From: the human T2T-CHM13v2.0 reference genome, Homo sapiens
Strand: one strand, 5' to 3'
Assembly (NCBI RefSeq): GCF_009914755.1
Contig: NC_060929.1
DNA length: 64,000 nucleotides
Shown piece by piece: positions 44,801 through 59,659 of the stretch (within the stretch, counting starts at the first letter, position 1; every line of letters begins with the position of its first letter). The notes beneath the pieces were generated by a model, which did no database searches, was not told the DNA's origin, and saw only the letters and a list, made by a program, of their open reading frames with translations. The translations under genes were made by a program, and so were the position numbers.

Positions 44801-47800
44801 AGTTTAAATCCTACAATGTGTGATTTGTTATTTTATAATACATTGATTTTATGTATCAGTATATTTAGATTTGTCTACATATTTACCCTTTCTGCTGCTC
44901 TTTATTTCCTCCTGTTATCTTCATGCTTCCAACTGGAAAAATTTTCTCTCTCCCTGAAGAACTTTCCTTAAAACTTCCTGTAGAAGGGGTCAGACCATGA
45001 CAGATTCTACTTTTTTTTTCTCATGAAAATCTAATTATTCACTTTTACTTTCAAAGAATTTTTGCTGGGTATGGAATTCTTGATTGTACTTATTTTCTCT
45101 TACAGCTTTGAAGATGTCATTATATTGCTTTTGGTTTCTGCTATTTCTAAGAAGTCATCTGTCATATTGTTGCACCTTTGAAAGTAATCTGTGATTTTTC
45201 TCTGGCTGCTTTTTCAGATTTTCTCATTTTCTTTAGTTAACAGCAGTTTTACCAAAATGTAAATTAGTGTGTGCGGTTTATTTTTCGTATTTCTCCTGTG
45301 TGAGGTTCATAGCACTTCTTGAACCAATGATATGATGTCTTCTATTAATTCTGGAAAATTTTTACTTCAAATATTTTCTTAAGCTTATTCTCTCTCTTTT
45401 CTAACAGATAATTATTTTACATTTGTGGGATTTTTAACATCACGTCTTATATGTCTCTTATACTTGTTTCTGTATTTCCATTCTGTCTTCTCTCTGTCCT
45501 TCAGCCTGGATATTTTCTTCTGACTCATCTTCCAATTCACTAAACCTCTATTCAACTCTGTGCAACCTGTTGTTAAACCTCTCTTTAAGCTCAGAGTTTC
45601 AGTTATTGTATTTTAATTTGAAGATTTTCAGATTTTTTATTATTACAGTTTCCCATAAAACAATTTATCTGCTGGAGTTTCCCATCATATTTTCTAATTA
45701 TTGAATATATGAATCATGGCTATTTTAACTTCTGTTTCTTGTACCAGCAAGCAATGTCTTTTAATTCTTAATTTTTGTAGGTACATAGTAGGTGTATATA
45801 TTTATGGGATACATGAGATGTCTTGATACAGGCATGCAGTGCATAACAATTACACCATGGAGAATGGGGTATTCATCCTCTGAAGCATTTATCCTTTGTG
45901 TTACAAATGATCCAGTTAGTCTCTTTTTGTTATTTAAAAATGTACAATTAAATTATTGACTATAGACACCCTGTCGTGCTATCAAATAGTAGGTCTTATT
46001 TATTTTTTCTAATTTTTTTGTAGTCATTAACCATTTACTCTCCTTCCCACACCCACTCCCACTACCTTTCCCAGCCTCTGGTAACCATTCTTCTCTATGA
46101 ACTCTATGTCCACGAGTTCAATTGTTTTGATTTTTAGACCCCACAAATAAGTGAGAGCATTCAATGTTTTCTTTCTGTGCCTGGCTTATTGCATTTAATA
46201 TGATGATCTCCAGTTCTGTCCATGTTGTTTCAAATGACAGGATCTCACTCTTTTCTATGGCTGAATAGTACTCTATTGTGTATCTGTACCACATTTTCTT
46301 TAGCCATTCATCAGTTGATGGACACTTAGGTTGCTTCCAAATCTTGCTGTTGTGAACAGTGCTGCAACAAACATGGGAGTGCAGATATCTCTTCAATATA
46401 CTGATTTCCTTTCTTTTGGGTGTATATCCAGCAGTGGGATTGCTAGATCATATAGTAGCTCTATTTTTTAGCTTTTTGAAGAACTCCAAACTGCTCTCCA
46501 TAGTTGTTATACTAATTTACATTCTCACCGACAGTGTACGAGGGTTCCCTTTTCTCCACATCCTCACCAGCGTTTGTTGTTGCCTGTCTTTTGGATATAA
46601 GCCATTTTAACTAGGGTGGGAAGATATCTTATTGTAGTTTTGATTTACATTTCTCTGATAATCAATGATGTTAACTCCTTTTCATGTGCCTGTTTGCCAT
46701 TTGTATATCTTCAGAAAAGTCTATTCAAATCTTTTGCCCATTTTTTGATTGGATTATTATTATTTTTTTTTTTTTGCTGTAGAGTTGTTTGAGTTCCTTA
46801 TATATTCTGGTTATTAATCCCTTGTCAGATGGGTAGTTTGCCAATATTTTCTCCCATTCTATGGGTTGTCTCTTCCCTTTGTTGACTGTATCCTTTGCTG
46901 TGCAGAAGCTTTTTAACTTGATGTGATCCCATTAGTCCATTTTTTGCTGTGGTTGCCTGTGCTTTTCAGATATTACTCAAGAAATTTTTGCCCAGGCCAA
47001 TGCCCTGTTGATTTTTCTCAAAAATTTCTTGTAGTAGTTTCATAGTTTGAAGGCTTAGACTTAAGTTTTTCATCTATTTTGATTTGATTCTTGTATATGG
47101 CAAGGGATAGGGGTCTAGTTTCATTCTTCTGCATAGGGATATCCAGTTTTCCCAACACTGTTTGTTGAAGAGACTGTTCTTTTCACAGTGTATGTTTTTG
47201 GCACCTTTGTTGAAAATGAGTTCACTGTAGATGGTTTTGTTTTTTGGGTTCTCTGTTCTGTTCCATTCATCTATGTGTCTGTTTTTATGCTAGTACCGTG
47301 CTCTTCTGGTTACTATAACTGTATAGTATAATTTGAAGTCAGGTAATATGATTCCTCTCCAGTTTTGTTCTTTTTGCTTAGGATAGCTTTGGCAACTTTG
47401 GGTCTTTTGGGTTCCATATAAATTTTAAGGTTATTTGTTCTATTTCTGTGATGAATGTTATTGGTATTTTGATAGAGATTGCATTGAATCTGTAAATTGC
47501 TTTGGGTAGTGCAGGCATTTTAACAATATTGATCCTTCCAGTTCATGAACATGGAATATCCTTCCATTTTTTGGTGTCCTCTTCAATTTCTTGCAGCAAT
47601 GTTTTATAGTTTAGATTATAGAAATCTTTCACTTCTTTGGTTAAGTTTATTCCTAGGTATTTTATTGTAGCTATTGTACATGGGATTACTTGCTTAATTT
47701 CTTTTTCTGTTTGTTAACTGTTGGAATATAAAAATGCTACTGATTTTTATATGTTGCTTTTGTATCCTGCAACTTTACTAAATTTGTCTATCAGTTCTAA

Positions 47801-48495
47801 TAGTTTTTTGGTAGCATCATTATGTTTTTCTAAGTGTAAGATCATATCACCTGCAAACAAGGATATTTTGACTTCTTTTTTTCCAATTTGGATGCCCTTT
47901 ATTTCTTTCTCTCATCTGATTGTGCTAGCTAGGACTTCCAGTACTGTGTTGAATAACAGTGGTGAAAGTGGGCATCCTTGTCATGTTCCAGATGTTAGAG
48001 GAAAGGCTTTCAGTTTTTCCCCATTAAGTATGATACTAGCTGTAGGTCTGTCATATATGGCTTTTATTATGTTAAGGTATGTTTCTCCCGTATCCAGTTT
48101 TTTGAAGGTTTTTATCATGAAGGGATGTTAAATTTTATCAAATGCTTTTTCAGCACTAACTGAAATGATCATATGGTTCTTGTCCTTTATTCTATTGATA
48201 AGATGAATCCCATTGATTGATTTATGTATGTTGAACCATCCTTGTGTTCCAGGGATAAATCCAACTTGGTCATGATGAATGACCTTTTTAATGTATTATC
48301 AAATAAAGTTTGCTGGCATTTTGTTGAGGATTTTTGTGTGCATCGGAAATATTGGCCTATAGATTTCTTTTTGTTGTTGTTGTGTCTTTGTCTTGTTTTG
48401 GTATCAGTGTAATACTGGCCTCCTAGAATGAGTTTGAAAATATTCCCTCCTTCTCTATTTTTTGGAATAGTTTGAGTAGGATTGTTCTTCTTTAA

Positions 48496-49518
48496 CCCTT
48501 TCCCCATTTTCCCTGAGAATACTTGCCAGCAGCACTTGTGGCTGCAGCACTTACCCCGAGATAACTTTGCCATGAAATATCTCACTTTTACTATGATTTT
48601 CATATTGCTTTAGTATACCTACTTTGGAAACAAAAGACATCACCCTATTTATACCATTCTGTTTTTAGTAATGATATTTTTTATTAACAAAATATAGTAA
48701 TTCTCAATCGCTGAAATGTCATATCCTAGAAAATGTAGCATTCCTCTGTGTGACATTAACATTGTTCTCAAATACTTGGCTGAAGATTGATTTGATGAAT
48801 CCAATTTTTCCTAAATATATTATTCTGATGATCCTGATGTTAGTTCTCTTTAGAAATAACTCCAAGAACAGTTTTCATATTTTATTTTCATATTGAAAAT
48901 AAAAATGAAGCACACCTATAGGATCTAGAAAATAGCCTCGAAAGGGCGAATCTAAGACTTATTGCCCTTAAAGCAGAGATACAGAAATAGATGGGGGTAG
49001 AAAGTTTATTCAAAGGTATAATATCAGAGAACTTCCCAAACCTAGAGAAAGATATCAATATCTGAGTACAAGAAGGCTATAGAACACCAACCCTGTCATG
49101 CACCTTAGAGACCAAGCAATTTAACCCAAAGAAGACTACCTCAAGGCATTTAATAATCAAACTTCCAAAGATCAAGAATAAAGAAAGGATCCTAAAAATA
49201 GCAAGAAGAAAGAAACAAATAACATAAAATAGAGCTCCAATACATCTGGCTTTTCAGCAGAAACCCTTTAGGCCAGGAAAGAGCAGGAAGAAATATTTAA
49301 AGTGCTGAAGGAAAAAAACTTTTACCCTAGAATAATATATCTGGTGAAAATATCCTTCAAACATGAAGGAGAAATAAAGTCTTTCCCAGACAAACAAAAG
49401 CTTTCATATTGAAAATCAGTCAGATTTGCTTCAGCCTCAAAGAGTGTATTTATGTAAAATTAAATTACTGTTGGCAGCGAGCTGTGTTTTTTTTTTTTTT
49501 TTCTAAACATTAAAGGGG
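48496..49518 (+). mobile_element. MER75 (piggyBac-family MITE), interrupted at 48900
   Basis: CCCTTT...AAGGGG termini, TTAA TSD at 48492-48495 and 49519-49522; body matches recalled MER75 consensus. Confidence 0.92.
48901..49401 (+). repeat. Inverted local duplicate of 52740-53241 (L1MA ORF1 segment)
   Basis: Hand alignment gives ~15 substitutions + 1 indel in ~500 bp; flanked by 15-bp direct repeat TTTCATATTGAAAAT. Confidence 0.93.
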
Positions 49519-51279
49519 TTAAATGTTTGGTAGAATTCAGCAGTAACACCATCAGGTCCCAGGCTTTTCTTTACTAGGAGACTTTATTACAGCTTCTATC
49601 TTATTACTTATTATTGGTCTGTTCACATTTTGGGTTGATTCTTGGTTCATTCTTGGTATGTTGTATGTATCTAGGAATTTGTCAGTTTTCCAATTTATTG
49701 GCATATAGTTGCTCTTAGAAGCCACTAATGAGCCTTTGAATTTCTGAAGTATCAGCTGTAATGTCTCCTTTCTCATCCCTGATTTTATTTATTTGAATCT
49801 TCTCACTTTTTCTCTTAGTCTGGCTAAATTTTATCAATTTTCTTTGACTTTTCAAAAAAACAACTTTTTGTTTCATTGATCTTTTATATTGTTTTCTATA
49901 TTTCATTTGTTTCTGCTCTGAACTTTCTTTCTTTCTTTCACTAATTTTGAGTTTGATTGCTTCTGCGTTTCTAGTTCTTCAAAATGCACCATTAGATTGT
50001 TTATTTGAAATTTTTCTTCTCTTTTGATGTTGGCACTTATAGCTGTAAACTTCCCTCTTAGTACTGCTTTTGCTGTATCCCGTATGTTTTGGTATGTTGT
50101 GTTTCCATTATCATTTGTTTCATGAAAATTTTCAATTTTCTTTTTAATTTCTTCATTAACCCACTGGTTATTCAGGAGCATATTGTTCAATTTCCATTCA
50201 TCTGTATAGTTTCCAAAATTCCTCTTGTTATTGATTTCTAGTTTTATTTCATTGTAGTCAGAGAAGATGTTTCATATAATTTCAATTTTCTGGAATGTTT
50301 TAAGGCTTGTTCTGTGACCTAACATATGGTCTGTCCTTGAGAATGATCCATGTGCTAAGGAAAAGAATGTGTATTTTGTAGTTCTTGGATGAAATTCTCT
50401 CTAAATACTTGTTAGATCCATTTGGTCTATAGTGCAGAGTAAATCCAATGTTTCTTTGTTGATTTTCTGGCTGAAGATCTGTCTAATGCTGAAAGTGGGG
50501 TGTTGAAGTCTCCAGCTATTATTGTATTATAGTCTCTCTCTCTCTCTCTTTAGCTCTAATGATATTAGCTTGATATACCTGGGTGCTCCAGCGTTGGGTA
50601 CATATATAAAGTTGTTATATCCTCTTGCTGAATTGACCCCTTTATCATTATATAGTGACTGTCTTTGTCTTTTCTTAAAGTTTTTCTCTGAAATCTATTT
50701 TGTCTGACGTAAGTATAGCAACTCCTGCTCTTTTTTAGTTTCCATGGACATGAATATCTTTTTCCATCCCTTTTATTTTCATTCTGTGTGTGGCTTTATA
50801 GAGGAAATATGTTTCTTGTAGCAACACATCATTGGGTCTTGTTTTTGCATCCATTCAGCCACCCTATGTCTTTTGATTGGAGAGGTTAGTCCATTTACTT
50901 TCAATGTTATTATTCAGACGTAAGAACTTACTCCTGCCATTTTGTTATTTGTTTTCTGGTTCTTTTGTGGTCTTACCTGCCTTTTTTCTTCGCTTAGTGT
51001 CTTCCTTTTAGTGAAGGTGATTTTTCTCTGGTGAAATGATTTAGTTTCTTACTTTTTATTTTTTGTGCATGTATTGTATGTTTTTTGGTTTGAGGTTATC
51101 TTGAGGCTTGCAAATACTATATTATAACCCATTATTTTACGCTTATAACAACTTAATACTGTTTGCATAACAAACAAATAAGCAAAAAGAAAACTAATGA
51201 AAACTCTATGCTTTAACTCTGTCTCCCTGTTTTTTAACTTTTTGTTGTTTCTATTGCTATCTTATTGTACTGTGTCTTA

Positions 51280-52494
<1,215 letters not shown>

Positions 52495-55400
52495 AAAAGT
52501 TGTTGTAGTTATTGATTTGCCAGTTCATCATTTAGTGTTTCTACTTAGGATAAGAGTAGTTTACATGCCACAGTTACAGTGTTATAGTATTCTGTGTTTT
52601 TCAGTGTACTTACTACTACCAAGTGAGTTTTGTACTTTCAGGTGATTTCTTGTTGCTCATTAATGTCCTTTTCTTTCTGATTGAAATACTCCTTTTAGCA
52701 TTTCTTATACGATAGGTCTGGTAATGATAAAAACCCTCAGCTTTTGTTTGTCTGCGAAAGACTTTATTTCTCCTTCATGTTTGAAGGATATTTTCACCAG
52801 ATATACTATTCTAGGGTAAAAAGTTTTTTTCCTTCAGCACTTTAAATATTTCTTCCCACTCTTTCCTGGCCTAAAGAGTTTCTGCTGAAAAGTCAGATGT
52901 ATTGGAGCTCTATTTTATGTTATTTGTTTCTTTCTTCTTGCTATTTTTAGGATCCTTTCTTTATTCTTGATCTTTGGAAGTTTGATTATTAAATGCCTTG
53001 AGGTAGTCTTCTTTGGGTTAAATTGCTTGGTCTCTAAGGTGCATGACAGATTTGGTGTTCTATAGCCTTCTTGTACTCAGATATTGATATTTTTCTCTAG
53101 GTTTGGGAAGTTCTCTGATATTATACCTTTGAATAAACTTTCTACCCCCATCTCTTTCTCTACCTCTGCTTTAAGGGCAATAAGTCTTAGATTTGCCCTT
53201 TCGCAGCTATTTTCTAGATCCTATAGGTGTGCTTCATTTTTTTTTAATTCTTTTTTCTTTTGTTTTCTCTGACTGTATTTTCAAATTGCCTGTCTTCAAG
53301 TTTGCTAATTCTTTCTTCTTGATCAATTCTGCCATTAAAAGGCTCTGATACATTCTTCAGTATGCCGGTTTCATTTTTCAGCTCCAGGACTTCTGCTTCA
53401 TTCTTTTTTAATTATTTCAATCTCTTTGTTAAATTTCTTTAATATAATTTGGAATTCCTTCCCTGCATTATCTTGAATTTCTTTGAGTTTCCTCAAGACA
53501 GCTATTTTGAATTCTCTGTCTGAAAGGTCAGGTATCTCTTTTTCTCCAGGATTGGTTCTTGGTGCTTTATTTAGTTTACTTGATGAAGTCATGATTTCTG
53601 GGATTGTGTTGATACTTGTAGATGTTAATCTGTGTCTGGGCATTGAAGGGTTAGGTATTTATTGTAGTCTTTTCAGTCTGGGCTTGTGTGTACCCATCCT
53701 TCTTGGGAGGGCTTTCTAGATATTTGAAAGTACTTGGGTGTTGTGATCTAAACTGTATCTGTTTTAGGGGGCACTCCAAACCTAGTAATGCTGTGGTCCT
53801 GCAGACTCATACAGCTATTGTCTTGATGATTTTGGACAAGATCTGGGAGAATTGTCTGGATTACCAGGCAGAGACTGTCATTCTCTTCCCGTACTTTCTC
53901 CCAAACAAACAGAGTCTTTCTCTGTTCTGAGCCACCTGGAGCTGGGGGTGGAGTGACACAAGCACCCCTATGGCCACCACCACAGGGCGAGACCTGAAGC
54001 CAGCACAGTACTGGGTCTCACCCAAGGCCTGCTTTAACCACTTCCTGGCTGCTGTCTGTGTCCCCTCAAGGCCCTGGGGCTTGGTCCATAAATGCTGTCC
54101 AAGGGCCAAATCCTGAAATCAGGGTCCCCAAAAGCCCACTTGTCTGTCACCTTAGGTACCAAGCTGGTCTCTAAGGTGCATGACAGAGTCCTCTTTACTT
54201 TTCCCTCTGCTTTTCTCAAGCAGGAGTCTTGCCCTGTAACCACCACAGGCGGGAATGTGCCAAGTCTCACCTGAAGCCAATAAGTCTGAGTCTCACCCAA
54301 GGCCCTTGATGTAGTATCTGGGTATCGCTGCTGGTTATTCAGGGCCCAAAGGCTCTTTAGCTGGCAGGTGATGAATGTTACCAGGACTGGGTCCTTCCCT
54401 TAAAGGCAGCAGGTTCCCTTCTGGCCCAAGGGTGTGTCTAGGAAAGTCATCCAGGAACTAGGGCTTGGAATGGGGGCCTCACAACTCTGAGGGCTGTCCT
54501 GTCCCTGTCCTGCTGGGACTGAGGTGGTATCCAGGAGGCAAGACTATGCGCTTCCCACTCTACCCTCTCCACTCCTAAAGGGGAGGGAGAGATCTCTTTT
54601 GGACCATGAACTGTGAAGCCTGGGGTTAGGTTAGGAAAGGGTTGATGCCAGCACTCCCTTAGCTACCCCAGCTGGTGTCTCAATAGGTCACATGTCCTCT
54701 GCACCCAAACAAGTCCTCTGGCTTTGGGCCCAGTTCAGCACTGGGACTTGCCTAGGAGTTACAGTGCTTGTGTCCGAGACTGCCTTTTGAGTTTATTTAG
54801 AGCCCCATAGCACTTCAACCTGCAGTGGCAAGCCTCTCGGGAACTCAAATTCTGACCATTGGGATCAGTGGTTCCCCTCTGGCTAGGGCTGGTTTAAATA
54901 CTCCCTCTGTAGGCAGGTGTCAGCTGAGTGCGGTCCGGTTTTCCTTTCTGCTATAACAGGAAAGCACACTGAGTTCAATGCCTCACAATTGCTGGCTCTC
55001 CCTCTCTCCAAAGCACAGAAATGCTCTTTGCACCACACCATCACTGCCAGGGGATGGAGGAGGGGTTGCACTGGTGATTCAAGACGGTCCTACTTCTTCA
55101 GTGCCTCCTTCAGTGATATGAAGCCAAAACCAGACCAGGTATTGAGTGCTCACCTGATTTTTGGTTCTTATAAAGGTGCTTTTTTGTGTGTAGATAGTTG
55201 TTAAATTGGTGTTGCAGGGAGGCACAATTGGTGGAGTCTTCTCTTCCACCGTCTAGCTCTTCCTCCCAGCAGCAACATGTTGATCCATGTGGGGCTGTTT
55301 CCATTGTCCATTTCTTCCTGGGATTTTTTTATTTTTTATTTTTTGGCCAGATCATCTTGTTTCTTGGTATGCAGATTATTTATTTATACCAAGAATTGAA

Positions 55401-57252
55401 ATGATCTGAGCACTATCTTTGTGAGTGTTAGTCTATTTCCAGTTCAACTCTACTTTTAGAGTTAAGACCTTTGGTGGTATCAGCCAAAATCAAGGGATCC
55501 TCTTAGGTGATCCCTACAGACCCTGTCCCTAGAATTTGCTCAGCTCTCAACCTCTTGTCCACCACTTAGCTACACTGAATGTTGGGGTCATTCCTTTGAC
55601 CTTGCCTTCTCTCTGAGATTTTTGTGCTCCCAAGTCCTTGTTACTTTAGTAGCTCTCTATTCCCTTCCAACAGATGTCTTATATTTTGTTGAACTTCATA
55701 ATTACTCTCAGTAAAAAAAACTGGTCTGGAACAAGTTAGTCTACCATTACCAGAAAATTTAAATTACTATGGCTTAAAGAAAATACAATATATTATGTTC
55801 TGGATGTATAGTCATTTACTGTAATTTTCATAGCTTGCCTACCTAAGTTGATTTACAGCAAATAGAGACCTACTTTTTTTGGCCATAAAATATAAAGTTA
55901 TGACAAGAGTGATAATGCTGACATAAAAGTAACTTTTAGATTTTATTTTGAAATGTCAGCTACATAAACAAATATTTGCCAGAAAATAAGTGCTCTGAAA
56001 TACAGCCTTGCTCTAATTTGCACCATGTCGACTGACTTTTTTATAACAAACAGAAATTATTCTGATAAAAATTAAGTACTTCATATCATAATTTCCAGGA
56101 AAGAAAAGCCATTCCAGCAACATGGACTGGCTTGCTGCCATTCCTGCTGCTGCCTCACCTTTCACTGTAATAGTGCTGAGAGCAACAGGATACTTGGTTT
56201 TGGATACTTTGCCATTAGCAATACAGTGTTTGACAACAGCAATACAATATTTGCTCAGCTCTAACCTTTCTATATCCTCTTTCTTCTTCTGATATTGTAA
56301 TAGTGGTCACTAATATAGGAATCTGTAGCCACCAGAGATGTCCCCGAGCTTGTTATACTCTGTCCTCTTTTCCTAAACCACCCTTTCTCTTGCTTACTCA
56401 TCCTTCAATGTTTAGATCAAGCATCTTCTCTGTGAAAATTTTTCTGGCTCCATGTTCTCCAGAATGGAGTTAATCACATCCTCATCTAGGCTGGAACTAT
56501 ATTTTGAGTGTATTTCTATTATTATACATATCCTATTTCCTGATAAATATATGTTTGCATTTGTTTTTTTACACCAAGATATGAGTACACTTTGCCTAGT
56601 ACATGGTGCTTAGTAAACCAGGAATAGAAGGAAGAAAGGAAATGAAACAAGAAAGAATAGAAGAAAGGAGGCAAGGAAGGAGGAAGGGAAAAAAGGAAAA
56701 AATATTATGGTTTCTTTTTCCTTTTTTTGCTCAATGGGACCATGACGAAATAACCAACTTGTGGTATGTTTGGATCCTGGAAATTATGCCCCAAGTTGGG
56801 AAAATGTCTGCTGTTTCCATGGTTAAGAAACCAAATGGAAGAAATGCATTTGACTTTTTTTTTGAAAAATTGTTTGGGACAGGTAAATTAGATGACCTTA
56901 AGTAAGTAGTTGACACCTGGAATAAGTAGAAAGAATTAACTGCTACTGACCTAAGAGGGAAAGATGATCTTAATAATGAGATTATGATCATGAAATTGGA
57001 AGGCCTCTGAAATCAGACAAGCCTGCTGGAATCTGAGCTTCACCCTTTGCCAGCTCTATGACTTTGGGCAACTTACCATCTACAGGCTTCTGTTTCCACA
57101 TTACATGAAATGAGCATAAAAATACTTACCTTATAGTTGTTATATAGTCTACATTAAATGAGATAACCACACCTAGCTCAATGCTAGGCCCAGGTCATTT
57201 GGATGTTTAGATATTAGCTTCTTTTTCCATGCATAGCAAGTACTGACTTAAA

Positions 57253-57299
<47 letters not shown>

Positions 57300-57345
57300 G
57301 TATTTATCTATCTATCTAACTGTCTGTCTATCTATATTTTAGAAC

Positions 57346-57398
<53 letters not shown>
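57253..57398. repeat. (TCTA)n tetranucleotide followed by (TG)n
   Basis: Seen directly. Other (CA/TG)n tracts at ~13845-13878, 27731-27766 and 41830-41865. Confidence 0.95.
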
Positions 57399-57401
<3 letters not shown>

Positions 57402-59659
57402 TCTCCCCAGGGATCTGGGGAGGAACCATGATGGAAGTGGGACACTAGATCAGGGTAAGTGGAATTGGCCTGGGAGGTAAGTAGGAAATGAGTTGTGAAA
57501 GGGTTTGTACCAGCTCTCACATATTCTGATTTATAATTAGTCTGTTGGGATTTTGTTTGGGATAAGTCAACTCTCCATACAGTGAAGATTCCAGGGAAAA
57601 CTGGTAAAATACAGTTTCTCATCCACGTAATTTGAGGCCTGTAGATTATAGGCACCTCTGCAAGATGACAGGAAGACTCGCTGAGGGCAAGGACCTTGTC
57701 CAATTTAACATTAAGTCCTAAGTGTGGAGCAGAGACTGGCACAGAGGTGGTCAGTGAGTTTCACTGGAAGAACAAATTCATGAAACCACACTTAAGACCC
57801 TGTCTGAGCCAAACTGCTGAAATTTACATCAACAGCAAAGCCCAGAACTCCTTGTAGAATTTTGCTCTAATGTCATCTTTTTAAAACCTGCATAAACATC
57901 AAGCAAGAAACAAGTGGACTTTATTTTTCTTGACTTTCGTCACATTCCCATTTTCTCTCAATCTTAGGAAACTTTTTCAGCTTTGTGACTGAGAGACAGC
58001 CAGCCTTTCAGCTGGGTGAGCTTTCCAGTTGCATGAGAAAGAGCTTCATAAGAAACCACCTACACTCTTCCCATCCAAAAAAATAGAAAAAAAGAAAGAG
58101 AAGAATATAAAAAGAATTGCTTCTCCTCCAAAAATACAGGTATTTTTGCTTTCTCTTATGCTGACTTTTTGTGGGTTACTAACTGCATGTTTAAAATTTT
58201 GTCATTTTTATGATTTATACAATTCTAGACAAAATACTGTTTAAAATCACACAAAGCATAAAAGATAGTACACAAATACAATGAAAACATAGAGATAGCT
58301 GTCCCGTCTGAACTCAAAAGGAGAAACCCCACTGGGAACTGACTACTACAAATAATTTAGTCAGCATTTGGCAGCCCCAGAAAATTACAAACCTGGAAGA
58401 TAACAAACAATATTATGTGCATTGCATTGCAGAGCATCAGTCATGCTTGATATGAGAAAAAAACCTTTTTAGGAAAAGGAATTAAAATTATGAAATAGAG
58501 TTGTGTACATAAGTGGGAACTGTCTAAAAACTATTAAGTAAAAATATATTTTTCCTCTTTTGAAGCCCACTTGAAACAAACTTTTTAAACGTCATTTCGA
58601 GTTTAGAATTAGGCAGGTATTTTATATTTTAAAGAGTCCTATTTACTTAAATTCCCAAGGCTGACAGAAAATTAAGGCACCCATATTGTTTAGTAGAACA
58701 TGGCAAAAATTTGGTTTCATGTTTGTTTCAGGTGAGCTATCACGTTCCAAAAAAGTCTGTGTATGGTTTGGGAAGCTGATTCATGGAGACTGGAGTCAAC
58801 CTGATTCTAGCCTCTGGGCCAAAAAGAATCACGAAAGAAGTGATTACCTCAGTGACCTGATGTGATGTCAGGCTTAGTCTGCCACAGTCAGCTGGTGAAC
58901 AGTCCTTGGACGGTTTCATTAATGGCACAGGAGAGACCTTGTCCACCTCCAGTAACAGAAAGAAATGACCAAGCAAACAGCCCAATAACAGAGCCAGCCT
59001 AAATTCTTTTTTTTTTTTTTTGGTAGTTGCAAGATTTAATAGAGTGAAAACAGAGCTCCCACACAAAGGGAGGGGACCCAAAGAGGGTAGCCATTGCCGG
59101 CTCGAATGCCTGGGTTATATCCCGATCATTTTCCCTCCCACTGTGCTCTCAGGTGATAGATGATTGGCTATTTCTTTACCTCCTGTTTTTGCCTAATTAG
59201 CAATTTAGTGAGCTCTCTTTACTACCTGATTGGTTGGGTGTGAGCTAAGTTGCAAGCCCCGTGTTTAAATGTGTGCAGTCACCTTCCCAGCTAGGCTTAG
59301 GGATTCTTAGTCAGCCTAGGAAATCCAGCTAGTCCTGTCTCTCAGTCCCCACTTTCAACAGGAAAACCCAAGTGCTGTTGGGGAGGTTGGCCGACGACTG
59401 CTCTAACTGATTCCTGCTGAATTGGGGCATAGTAGGGGTCGTGCAGTTGAGATTTCCTCGAGAGGAGTGCCTTCAATGTCATTAACATCAGAGCATGGGC
59501 TAGCAGGCCGGTCCAGGGGTCCACAGTAGATCTTAGTCATGGGCTATATCTGGGGCTCCATTTGAAGAACATTTGTAGTTTTACAGCTTTGATTCTGGAA
59601 GAGACAAACTTAACAAGGAGGTTTAAGATAGAGGGATTGAAATGTATGGCCTGCAATGC

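Noticed and set aside
48901-49401. Interpretation as an independent plus-strand L1 insertion
   Set aside because: No 3' end or poly(A), ~97% identical to a neighbouring segment and shares its private insertion.
59345-59625. Possible syncytin-like env gene
   Set aside because: Only the cytoplasmic-tail end of env remains; SU and most of TM are deleted.
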